Source of the DNA: Macrostomum lignano
Taxonomy: Eukaryota
Assembly: GCA_002269645.1 (NCBI GenBank)
Contig: NIVC01000338.1
Coordinates: forward strand, 29,171 to 93,170
Length of the DNA stretch: 64,000 nt
Direction: 5' to 3'
How positions within the stretch are numbered: position 1 is the stretch's first letter; the number at the start of each line of letters is the position of its first letter. Below, one piece after another: positions 46,045-57,410 of the stretch. The notes beneath the pieces are model-generated. The model was not told where the DNA came from. It ran no database searches and worked only from the letters and a program-made list of their open reading frames with translations. The position numbers were made by a program, and so were the translations under genes.

Positions 46045-49000
46045 CTACTCGGCCGCCTGCCCGCTCAGCAGGCCGTCCAGCGTCTGCTGCAGCGCCAGTT
46101 TGACGCCAGGGGCGGCCCGGCCGGAGCAGCGCTCCTCCAGCTGCTCGGCCAGGAAGGACAGCCGGCGGGCCAGCCGAGCCCGGAGCTCGTCGAGTCCAGC
46201 AGCGGCGCCGAGCAGCGGGCGGCGGAGCAGGCGCTCCTTGATGAGGAGCTGCCCGGCGCGGCTGTCGGCTTCCCAGTCGTCGGACGTCGGCCGGAGCTCG
46301 TCCTCGAGGCTCTGGCAGAGGCGGATCAACGGCGGCGCGAACTCGGCCACCTGCGGCTGGCGGCGCTGACGATGGAGAATCTCGTAGACCAGCTGGCTGG
46401 CCTGCAGGTGCACCGCCTGTGAGGATGGGGAGTTTATGAAAACAGATAGAGCTGGTAGGTTGAGGTTTGCTTGGTTGCGCGATTGACCGGAAACAACCGG
46501 AGGTGAGACAAAGAGAGCTATTGGAAGTGACTTGGAGCTACCAGAAGTAACAGAAAACAACTGGAAGTGACTCAAAACGACTAGAAAGGAAATGAAAGCA
46601 ACCGTGACAGAAAAGAACCAGAACTGATAAGTAGCAGCCAAGAGTGAAACAAAACCAGTCGGAAGCAACACGAAGCACCGGAAGAGACAGGAAGCAACCG
46701 GAAGCGACATGAAGAGACCAAAAGCGACAGAAAGCAACTGTAAACAGCGGGAAGCAACCAGAAGCGGCAGGAAGCAACCGAAAAGCGGCAGGAAGCAACC
46801 AGAAGCGGCAGGAAGCAACCGGAAAGCGGCAGGAAGCAACCGGAAAGCAGCAGGAAGCAACCGAAAAGCGGCAGGAAGCAACCGGAAAGCGGCAGGAAGC
46901 AACCGGAAAGCAGCAGGAAGCAACCGGAAAGCGGCAGGAAGCAACCAGAAGCGGCAGGAAGCAACCGGAAGCGGCAGGAAGCAACCAGAAGCGGCAGGAA
47001 GCAACCGGAAGCGGCAGGAAGCAACCGGAAGCGGCAGGAAGCAACCAGAAGCGGCAGGAAGCAACCAGAAGCGGCAGGAAGCAACCAGAAGCGGCAGGAA
47101 GCAACCAGAAGCGGCAGGAAGCAACCGGAAGCGGCAGGAAGCAACCGGAAGCGGCAGGAAGCAACCGGAAGCGGCAGGAAGCAACCAGAAGCGGCAGGAA
47201 GCAACCGGAAGCGGCAGGAAGCAACCGGAAGCGGCAGGAAGCAACCGGAAGCGGCAGGAAGCAACCGGAAGCGGCAGGAAGCAACCGGAAGCGGCAGGAA
47301 GCAACCGGAAGCGGCAGAAAGCAACCGGAAGCGACAGGAAGCAACCGGAAGCGGCAGGAAGCAACCGGAAGCGGCATAAAGCAACCAGAAGCGACATGAA
47401 GGGGCCAAAAGCGACAGAAAGCGACCGGAAGCGACCGAAAGCAACCGGAACTCCCTCAAGCCTCACCTGCAGGGCGTCCCGATCAGCCAGACGGGCCAGC
47501 TGGGTGATGCAGTCGGCGGGCAGCAGGCGGTCCAGGTCGGCGCGAATTCGTCTGACTTTGGCGCGCCAATCGGCGTAGCCGGAAGCGAAGCAGGCGCGCA
47601 TGGCGGTGTGGCATCGCCTGACCGACTCGGACGGATGCTGGGCGAGGCCGGAGGCTGTCCGGACTCCCTCCAGGTAGACGTGATAATCGTCTAACAGGGC
47701 TGACAGGTCGCCCAGGGATTTCGCTAATCGGCGCAGATCGGCGCTGCTCAAATCGGCGCCCCGCTGGCGCGGCTCGAGCAGCGGCGCCGAGAGCGACGCG
47801 ACAGCAGACCAGCGCGCTGTCAGGTCGGCCGCCAGACGACGGTGGCCCTGCGAAGTGTTTTTTGGTAAAAGAATCGATACCCTACTGTTAGTAGCAAGTT
47901 GGAATCGTCCGCTATTCACTTTCATTATCGATGAATTCAAATTCTAAAACTGGGGATCAATCGCTCGAATCCCAAAATCGAAGGTTGATCACACAGATCG
48001 GATCTTGATGCTTCAAATCCCAGAATCAAAACTCCCTCAAATCCCAGAATCCAAACTCCCTTAAATCCCAGAATCCAAACTCCCTCAAATCCCAGAATCC
48101 GAACTCCCTCAAATCCCAGAATCCAAGCTCCCTCAAATCCCAGAATCCAGAATCCCTCAAATCCCAGAATTCAAACTCCCTCAAATCCGAGAATCCAAAC
48201 TCCCTCAAATCCCAGAATCCAAACTCCATCAAATCCCAGAATCCAAATTCCATCAAATCCCAGAATCCAAACTCCATCAAATCCCAGAATCCAAATTCCA
48301 TCAAATCCCAGAATCCAAATTCCATCAAATCCCAGAATCCAAACTCCATCAAATCCCAGAATCCAGACTCCCTCAAATCCCAGAATCCAAACTCCATCAA
48401 ATCCCAGAATCCAGACTCCATCAAATCCCAGAATCCAAGCTCCATCAAATCCCAGAATTCAGACTCCATCAAATCCCAGAATCCAAGCTCCATCAAATCC
48501 CAGAATCCAAGCTCCATCAAATCCCAGAATACAGACTCCATCAAATCCCAGACTCCAAGCTCCATCAAATCCCAGAATTCAGACTCCATCAAATCCCAGA
48601 ATCCAAACTCCATCAAATCCTAGAACCGAGGCTCCCCAGAAAACCCCAACCTTGTACAGTTCGACCAGCTCAGCCGACGGGTCGGCAGCCTCGGCTGTGG
48701 CCCGCCGCATCATCTCGACGGCTCCGTCGCGACAGAGCCGGCAAATCCGCAGCTGACGGGAGCGCCGCGGCTCGACCTCCGGGCAGCCCGGCTGGCCAAT
48801 CAGCGCCCACTGCACGGCCGACACCGGGTCCGCGCCAAGCTCGCCTGGGGGTTCAGGGGCGATTCTTGAGCTGTAGAGAGGCGATTCTTGAGTTGTAGAG
48901 AGGTGATTCTTGAGTTGTAGAGAGGCGATTCTTGAGTTGTAGAGAGGTGATTCTTGAGCTGTAGAGAGGCGATTCTTGAGTTATAGAGAGGCGATTCTCG

Positions 49001-49768
49001 AGTTGTAGAGAGGCGATTCTTGAGTTGTGGAGAGGCGATTCTTGAGTTGTGGAGAGGCGATTCTTGAGTTGTAGAGAGGCGATTCTTGAGTTGTGGAGAG
49101 GCGATTCTTGAGTTGTAGAGAGGCGATTCTTGAGTTGTTGAGAGGCGATTCTTGAGTTATAGAACAGGTGATTCTTGAGTTGTAGAGAGGCGATTCTTGA
49201 GTTGTAGAGAGGCGATTCTTGAGTTGTAGAGAGGCGATTCTTGAGTTGTAGAGAGGCGATTCTTGAGTTGTGGAGAGGCGATTCTTGAGTTGTAGAGAGG
49301 CGATTCTTGAGTTGTAGAGAGGCGATTCTTGACTTTGTAGAAAAGAGAATTTATGTTATAGACAGGCGGCCCCGGGGCCTCACCGGTGCAGCAGTCTGAG
49401 CAGTACAGCAGCAGGTCGTGAGTCGAGCAGGCGTCACAGACCCGGCGACCGCAGACACGGCAGCAGCCGGCAGTGGGCCGCTGGAACCGGCGCCTCACAA
49501 CGGAGGCTGCCGGCGGAGCGAGGCAGAGGGCGCAGCCCAGGCCGCTGTCCAGCTGAACTCTGGCCAGCTGCTCGGCCGTCAGCGTCCACCAGTCGTTGCC
49601 AGAGGCCAGCGAGTGCAGCAGGGAGCTGCGCTGCCATTCAACAAAGCCGATGCGCAGTCGGCAGAGCTGCTCGTCCAGGCTTGGCTCGTCAGTGGCGCAG
49701 CGGCGCGATGCCTGGTGCTTGGCGCGCTCGGCCAGAAACTCGATTGTCAGTGAGCGGTGGCTGCCCAT
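46045..49768 (-). CDS. FYVE-type zinc-finger protein with helical C-terminus, rabenosyn-5/Vac1-like architecture (443 aa)
   Basis: Exons 49768-49384, 48844-48651, 47847-47467, 46416-46045; 1332 nt, phases consistent, GC3-rich. Cys pattern CALC..CCRVCGRRVCDAC..(insert)..ICRLC followed by PSAELVELYK and long amphipathic helices. Family assignment is from recalled similarity only. Confidence 0.7.
46700..47450. repeat. 20-bp minisatellite (GCGGCAGGAAGCAACCGGAA)
   Basis: FYVE-gene intron 3. Confidence 0.95.
48015..48620. repeat. 24-bp minisatellite (AAATCCCAGAATCCAAACTCCATC)
   Basis: FYVE-gene intron 2. Confidence 0.95.
48862..49335. repeat. 22-bp minisatellite (GAGAGGCGATTCTTGAGTTGTA)
   Basis: FYVE-gene intron 1; ends about 15 nt from the acceptor. 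Confidence 0.95.
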
Positions 49769-51224
49769 GGACTGCCACTGTGCATGTCAGCTGGACTGAA
49801 AAGCAAAAAGTAGAATTTAGGTACATTGTATTTTTTAAGCATAACAGTGCCTACTACTAGTAAGAATTGCAGATGATAAAGCCTTCTTAAAATAATTTAT
49901 TTTTTTAATCTTTTGTTTTGATTCTAGGGATTTGAGATATGAAGTGCTTGTACAGTATTATATAAGCGTACTTGGTATATTATTATTCTAAATCATCTTG
50001 AATGCACAAGTGAAAAGAAAATTTTTACTTGAATAAAGTATAAACATTTTTAAATAAAAGAATAAACTGATAGAAATTTAAAAATATTGGCTAAATTATT
50101 TTTTATAAAAAGTTGCAATCAATCCTGAAAAATTGGGGTTCTCTAGCTAGATTAGTTAGTTTAGCTAGACAATTAGAAATTAGACTAGAATGCCTATATG
50201 TAACTTTTTAATATTGGTAATAAAAAACAAAGTTTGACCTAAATAGATATAGAAAGCTACTTTTAAAAAGAAAAGAATAAAAATTGCGACACCTTGATAA
50301 ATCTTAGCTTGGAAACAACAGATACATACAAGTACAATAAGCTATATTGTAATTACAGACCAAACTTAGTCTTGGCTTTTAAAATTATTTCACTTGGGAC
50401 ACAAAGAGAAGATAAAAGATTTGTACACGAATATATTCAGAGCACAGCACCCTGAAGCTGAATCTGCACTTACCAGTGTGCCAGTGCTGGTGCCCAGTGT
50501 TGCAAGTACTCCGATTGTTTCTTAGAATTTTTATATGTCAAACTAAAAATATAAATTATATTAAAACAAAATCATTCTGAAATGGAGCAGCTGTAAGCAG
50601 GAAGTCTAGTTTCATATTTTAATTCATTGACATTTTATTTTACTTCATAAATTTATTTTGTTTTTATGTATGAAATCTATATATTTGTCGCAAAAGAAAT
50701 CAACGTGTATGTAAAAAATATACAATACATTTTTACATACATTTTTTACATTTTGATAATAGCTTTTTGTTGTTAAACGTTTTATCCAGGAATCAGCTGG
50801 GAAGAGCCTTTTAAGAGAATTTGGAAGTGGTTCATATCTCTTGCCTGTAAATTTTCCAATAGAATTTATTAATATACATGAATTTGAATGGCACATTGGG
50901 AAACATCCAAATCAGCTAAAATATATAAAAAGATATGTTAAGATATATAATTCGTTGTATCTGTTGTCGCGGAACTGACTCAAGGACAAATTTTAGTAGT
51001 CCTTGAACTGACTTTAACAGATTTAAAAAAATTATACAATGCCTACATACAGTAAATGTAATAATTAGGCTACTAACAAATTCTTTGTTAGTAACAATTT
51101 TAGCATGCGCATAGAAATTAATTGTCGTTCATCATACATGTACATGCATTAATTACCTTCAAATAATGCACGGACTACACTTAATTTTCGCTTATAGTCC
51201 GTGAAGTAATATAGGCGATATATC

Positions 51225-51432
51225 AAACGCATTCCATCCATTTTGCGATTAAGTCAGTTCTTTACACCTGCATGGCATCGAATTCATTATCACGTGGGGA
51301 CGTGAACTATGCAAAAAGTATAAGCACAAGCGTCGTGAGTTGCAGACTGCTAGACTGACACGCAGGAGACCTACATGTACATGTATGACCTAAGCGTGAG
51401 CATTTATTTAGCGTAAAAACAAATAACACTTA
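51225..51432 (-). repeat. Inverted copy of FReD intron-1 sequence (matches ~51990-52200 and ~52960-53170)
   Basis: CTTTACACCTGCATGGCATCGAATTCATTA (~51260) is the reverse complement of TAATGAATTCGATGCCATGCAGGTGTAAAG (~52133). CTAGACTGACA..GAGACCTACATGTA..ATGACCTAA mirrors TTAGGTCATACATGTAGGTCTC..TGTCAGTCTAG. Confidence 0.8.
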
Positions 51433-51504
51433 TGGAGCAGCAAGAATTTAAGCAATGTGACTGCCTCTAATACAATGCAATAAGCCTACATGAACATATA
51501 GTCA

Positions 51505-52260
51505 CTGCATGCTACGAGTAGTTATGCTATTTATCAGAAAACCCCAATTAGCGTCCACTACAGTATATGCGATTTGCTGCGGAGGCAAATTAATAGACAA
51601 TAATTGCATCGCCATCGGCCACTTAGCAATTCAATTCTACGTTCACGAGGATGGATACGAAGGGACACACGACAATGCGTGGCTGCAGCTACATTTGTAT
51701 TCATATTTTTAAACTCTGTTGCTTCAGTGAACCCATACTCTCAACTTAAGTCAGACCCCCCAGTCAGCTACGTACAGTGAGTTAGATGAGAGGGACGAAA
51801 TTTATAGTCGCCACAAGTTACAAAATCAACAATTAGCAGAAAAAACAATGCATAAAATTTGATGCGCCGCCGCCCATAGTAGCGAGGACTGCACTAGGAA
51901 AAGCGCTCCACGATAACGGAAAACTGCAGAAGCATAAATTTGCTCAGAATGGTTCCTCCTCAAGCTCTGTCCGCTGCTTCTTGCTGCTCCAGGAGTGTTT
52001 TATGTTTTTATGCTGAATACATAACGCTTAGGTCATACATGTAGGTCTCTCTGCTTGTCAGTCTAGAAGTTTGAGTTACCGCAACTCACAACACTTGCTT
52101 ATATTTTTCGCAAAGTTCTCGTCCCACATGATTAATGAATTCGATGCCATGCAGGTGTAAAGAACTAACTTGTATTAATCGCTAAACGGATGGAATTCCA
52201 TAACCTGCACCCAAACCAGAATATTTCGACTCGGTACCGGCCCTCACCTGCTGCTGCAAC
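51505..52260 (+). pseudogene. Truncated direct duplicate of FReD paralog 1 promoter, exon 1, intron 1 and start of exon 2
   Basis: Aligns by eye with 52436-53230. Start ATGCTCAGA has become TTGCTCAGA (~51940), donor CCAG|GTGAG has become CCAGGAGTG (~51980), and homology stops after CTCACCTGCTGCTGCAA at ~52260. Confidence 0.75.
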
Positions 52261-52894
52261 TTTTTGTTGAGTAATATAATCCTAGCACATGCATGTAATA
52301 CTTGTAGAAATTGTCGTTCTTCTTACGACAATGCCCTACCTCATAATAACTATAACCGATGCAAAACGCTTAAGATAGTATTAATTTTAGGAATAGTGTG
52401 ACGGGCCTCCAAATATAATGAGCAATAGTCCGGCCTTGCATGCTAGTAGTGCTATGGTCAGAAAATCCAATTAGCGCCCACTACAGCTAGAATATATGAT
52501 TGTTGCTGAGGCAATTAATAGACGATTGCACTGGCCACTTGCATAAATTCTGTTTATGAGGCTCGCGGTGGATGGATACGGAGGGACGCACAACAATGTG
52601 GCTGCAGCTATAATAATATTAAAACTTTTTCGCTTAAAACCGACTGTTGATGCGGTGGACCTGTTTACAATTTTTATTATTTCCACTATTAACTCAACCC
52701 AATCCCCAGTCGGCTGTACAGTGGGGCTGAATGAGAGGGATGAAAAATTAGTTGCCATGAGTTGCAAAAACAATAAATTGCAAAAAACAAAAAAATGCAT
52801 AAAATTTGAGGATGTGTTGCCGCCCCGGAGGAGCGAGGACTGCTAGGACAACGAAAACGCTCTACGATAACTAAGCGCTGCAACAGATTCAAGA

Positions 52895-54894
52895 ATGCTC
52901 AGACTGGTTCTTCTTCTCAATCTCTGTCCGCTGCTTCTTGCTACTCCAGGTGAGAGGCGTAGTGTTTCCTGTTTTTGATGCCAAATACATGTATACGTCA
53001 TTGTCTCTCTACATGTCAGTCTAGGAGTCTGTAAACGCGTCCTGGGGATTAAAAGAGTTACCGCAACTCACGGAACTTGCTTACTTTTTGCTCAATTTCA
53101 CGTCCCACGTGATTAACGAATTCGATACTAGGCGATAAAAACCTATACTATCACTATACGATGGAATTCCATAACCTGCACCCAATCAAGAATATTTCGA
53201 CTCGGTACCGGCCCTCACCTGCTGCTGCAATCAAATACTGAAAGTACCTGCTCAAAGCGAATCGAAATGCGCCGTTCTGAGCAGCCGAAGCAACTGGAGC
53301 AGGTCGTTCGGCTTCAGCAACGGAGTCTGCGGTTTGTCAGCCAGCGACAAATGCGCCGTCAATAATGAGCCGACAATCTTCAAGAAGCAAACCGAAATAC
53401 AGACCCCAGCAGATCCCAGCAAGCCGGTGCCCGGATACGAGTTGCAAGTCGATAACAGGCTGTTCTGGGTGTTCCAGCAGAGGCTTACTGGCGATGTTTT
53501 ATTCAACAGGACCTGGGACGAGTACGTGCTCGGATTCGGCAACGTCTCCACCGACTTCTGGGCTGGTGAGTTGGCTCATTTTCGGCATTTGTCCTTCGTA
53601 GAAAGTGTAAAAATTAACCTAAATGTCATGTACCAGGATGTCCCAGACATATGGAATTTTATCGCTTTAAAAATCTTGACAATATGATTCTTGACTATAG
53701 AGAACTCTGGGATCGAGATCTGGGCTACACCACGAAAAGAAACTTTTAAAATAGCCCCAAATTTCGACAATTCCAACTCAGAGTTCCGCATTCGGGAATC
53801 CAGTTCGAGAAACCAGGAACCTCTGAGTAATAAAAATCTTAATACTCGATCGTCACCCTTAGACTTTTACCCCAGAATCCTAGAATATACGAGGTGCTAC
53901 CTTCAGGTCGCGGTATGAATGGCATCAGCCGCAGGCGCCCTGTGATTTCTCATTTACGCCCGCAAAGCTATTGTGCCATAGACATTTTGCCTCAGCAATT
54001 GGGCTGCGAGAGAAAGAATGAAAGAGCGGGGAAGTGGGGGTGTGGGGCTAAGCCCCGATGGGGGTAAGGGGCGAAGCCCCCACATTGCAACCATAGACAC
54101 TTTTATTTGATGAACACGAAGCTTGAAAATTTGCGGGCAGTTAATGTCATCGTACCATGATTTTTTTGATCGGTGGGAACTTAATCAATCCCTTTAATAC
54201 CATAGACTGCATTTAAGCCCGCATAAATCAAATAAAAGTATAAATCAAAACTTAATTACCTGCCCGTAATTTTGCGATCAATAAATGAAAGTTTTGACTT
54301 AGACACTGAGAGATTGATTAAGTGCCCCGCCGGGAAAAAGGTCATGGTATTATGTGCGTTTACCCTCCAACAAGAAACCCCTTTTTGAATGATTATATTT
54401 CTCTTTGAAGTAATAGCTGAACACATCATTAAACCGAGTGCTGACTACCTGTTACTGCAATTCCAATTGAAGGCCTCACTCTGATCAACGAGTTCGGCAA
54501 GACCAACCGAACTATTCGAATCGAGATGACTACAGTTGACAACGAGTTCTACTGGCAGGAGTCGGCCAACTTCACCGTGGGCAACGCCAGCACCAACTAC
54601 ACTATGCACGTCGACCAGTACAACGCCTACAACACCTCAAGCGACGTCCTCTATTTTCACAGCGGCAGCCAGTTCTCCACCATCGATATTGATAACGATT
54701 TGTATGGCGGACACTGCGCTAGCGAACGCGGAGGCGGCGGGTTCTGGTGGGCGAACTGCCAGATGATCAACCCCAATGGTTTCTACTCTTCAACCGTCGT
54801 TAGCGACCCGAGTTCTAATTTTAAATACGTGGCCGCCAGCGGTGTCCAGAGCTACAAAACTCTACAAGCGATCAAGATGATGCTTCAGCTTTAA
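52895..54894 (+). CDS. Secreted PAN/apple-like + fibrinogen C-terminal (FReD) protein, paralog 1 (283 aa)
   Basis: Exons 52895-52949 (signal peptide MLRLVLLLNLCPLLLATP), 53191-53565, 54473-54894; 852 nt. FReD motifs FWVFQQRLTGDVLFNRTWDEYVLGFGNVSTDFWAGL, FSTIDIDND, CASERGGGGFWWANCQMINPNG. Confidence 0.85.
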
Positions 54895-54959
54895 ACCGGA
54901 TTTTATCGGAGAATTTCAGCCAAGTATCACCTATCGGTGTCTTTGAGTGCATTGGGCTT

Positions 54960-55495
54960 ATCAAAGTAGCATCAGCAACAGTATCAGAGTAGCATCAGCA
55001 ACAAGTATCAGAGTAGCATCAGCAACAGTATCAGAGTAGCATCAGCAACATTATCAGAGTAGCATCAGCAACAGTATCAGAGTAGCATCAGCAACAGTAT
55101 CAGAGTAGCATCAGCAACAAGTATCAGAGTAGCATCAGCAACAGTATCAGAGTAGCATCAGCAACAGTATCAGAGTAGCATCAGCAACAGTATCAGAGTA
55201 GCATCAGCAACATTATCAGAGTAGCATCAGCAACAGTATCAGAGTAGCATCAGCAACAGTATCAGAGTAGCATCAGCAACAGTATCAGAGTAGCATCAGC
55301 AACAGTATCAGAGTAGCATCAGCAACAGTATCAGAGTAGCATCAGCAACAAGTATCAGAGTAGCATCAGCAACAGTATCAGAGTAGCATCAGCAACAAGT
55401 ATCAGAGTAGCATCAGCAACAGTATCAGAGTAGCATCAGCAACAAGTATCAGAGTAGCATCAGCAACAGTATCAGAGTAGCAGCAGCAACTACTA
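54960..55495. repeat. 23-bp minisatellite (AGCATCAGCAACAGTATCAGAGT)
   Basis: Just 3' of FReD paralog 1. Confidence 0.95.
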
Positions 55496-56519
55496 GGTAC
55501 TACTAGATAGATAGATACCTAGATAGATAGATACCGACAGACCATTTTTAGTATATGGATTTTATCAAAACCGCAAACTGCGTTGACGTGAAGTGAATTA
55601 TTCGATTGGAATGCACATATATTTTGCTGAGTGTCTGCCCTAAACAGTTTATATTCTTATACAGTAACTTTGTCTTACATTTTTAATTCTTTAAAACCAT
55701 TTATGTATCTCAATCCCCTATTTCGTGAAATATATTATAATGAGCTGCCGCCTTGATGTTATTAACATGTCATATTTTTATACACATGCACAGTATCAAA
55801 TTATTAAATATTTTTTCCAATGGCAGTTGTAATCCCCAAGCCGATTCGTAGATATATATATAGTCGGTAAACTGTTAACTGACGTTTACTCTCCGATAAT
55901 CTAAATGAATATTTATTGTCGAATTTATACAAGGTGACAAAATTTACTTTTTTTAGATATTTTTTAGAACTCTTGTAATGCATATCCTATCAAGCAGGCA
56001 TTGCTTCTTATACTTAAATAATGACTTAATTAAACAAAACTATTTAAGTAGTTAATGCAGTCTATCTTTGACACGTATTCCTAGATTCCTAGTAAAACTC
56101 TTGAGTCTTAATCACTTATAAAAGCGGCAACTCGTTATGTACTTCTTAATTTTGTTTTTCCTGACAGCAATTAGCTTTCTTTTTTTCTGACACAACTTTT
56201 AAGTTGCCAATTAGAAAAAAACTTGATTTTTATAAAAGCGAAGATAAACTCATACTGTTAACAGTGAAAAAAATTCCTGCAAACTGGACGCTTCTTAAAA
56301 TTTTATTAAGCCTCTGGAAAATATTTCAATAAAGAGTTCGGTTTCTTTTTTTAATCAAGATCCAACTTATTAGTTTCTGACCACTTAATAGTTAGCAAGA
56401 GGAAGATCTGTGAGATATTGTGAGAAATCAGTAACGAGGGACCAAACCATGGATGGGCATTGCTCAAAATCCGATTATCTGATTTGAAAGTTTGAATAGT
56501 TTTCTAATTCCAAATAACT

Positions 56520-57105
56520 GAAGTGCTGATGCGTCTGAACTCAGTCTGGCCTCCATCAGCAATTGAAGTGCTGATGTGTCTGAACTCAGTCTGGCCTCCA
56601 TCAGCAATTGAAGTGCTGATGCGTCTGAACTCAGTCTGGCCTCCATCAGCAACTGAAGTGCTGATGTGTCTGAACTCAGTCTGGCCTCCATCAGCAACTG
56701 AAGTGCTGATGTGTCTGAACTCAGTCTGGCCTCCATCAGCAATTGAAGTGCTGATGTGTCTGAACTCAGTCTGGCCTCCATCAGCAATTGAAGTGCTGAT
56801 GTGTCTGAACTCAGTCTGGCCTCCATCAGCAATTGAAGTGCTGATGTGTCTGAACTCAGTCTGGCCTCCATCAGCAACTGAAGTGCTGATGTGTCTGAAC
56901 TCAGTCTGGCCTCTATCAGCAACTGAAGTGCTGATGTGTCTGAACTCAGTCTGGCCTCCATCAGCAATTGAAGTGCTGATGTGTCTGAACTCAGTCTGGC
57001 ATCCATCAGCAACTGAAGTGCTGATGCGTCTGAACTCAGTCTGGCCTCCATCAGCAACTGAAGTGCTGATGCGTCTGAACTCAGTCTGGCCTCCATCAGC
57101 AATCG
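56520..57105. repeat. 45-bp tandem repeat x ~13 with an internal inverted repeat
   Basis: AAGTGCTGATGTGTCTGAACTCAGTCTGGCCTCCATCAGCAATTG; TGCTGATG pairs with CATCAGCA. Confidence 0.95.
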
Positions 57106-57410
57106 AAAAGCATGCGAGTTCAGTAGTATCGAGTAGGTTCAGTACCGAATGATACAATAGTTTGACTCAGCCGGCGGCAAACCAATTAGTGAAACAAGCT
57201 TCTCATATCTTAGCGATCTCCCATAAACAGTGGTCTCTGTTCTCCTCCAATGGCCGCTCCAGGCGGATAGGAGGGAGCCAAGTTGCCATGGGCTGGTCCT
57301 AAATAAGCTATATTTTCCGTTTTAACGAATTTGTCCCATCGACATCCTAGCAGTTTTATAGCATAATAGAATAATTGCTCCATAGCTTCAGATAATACTC
57401 GGCAAAAGAA

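Noticed and set aside
43108-49768. Single fused FYVE-phosphatase gene
   Set aside because: The FYVE ORF ends with TAG at 46045, and a SINE copy plus promoter-like motifs separate it from the DUSP exons.
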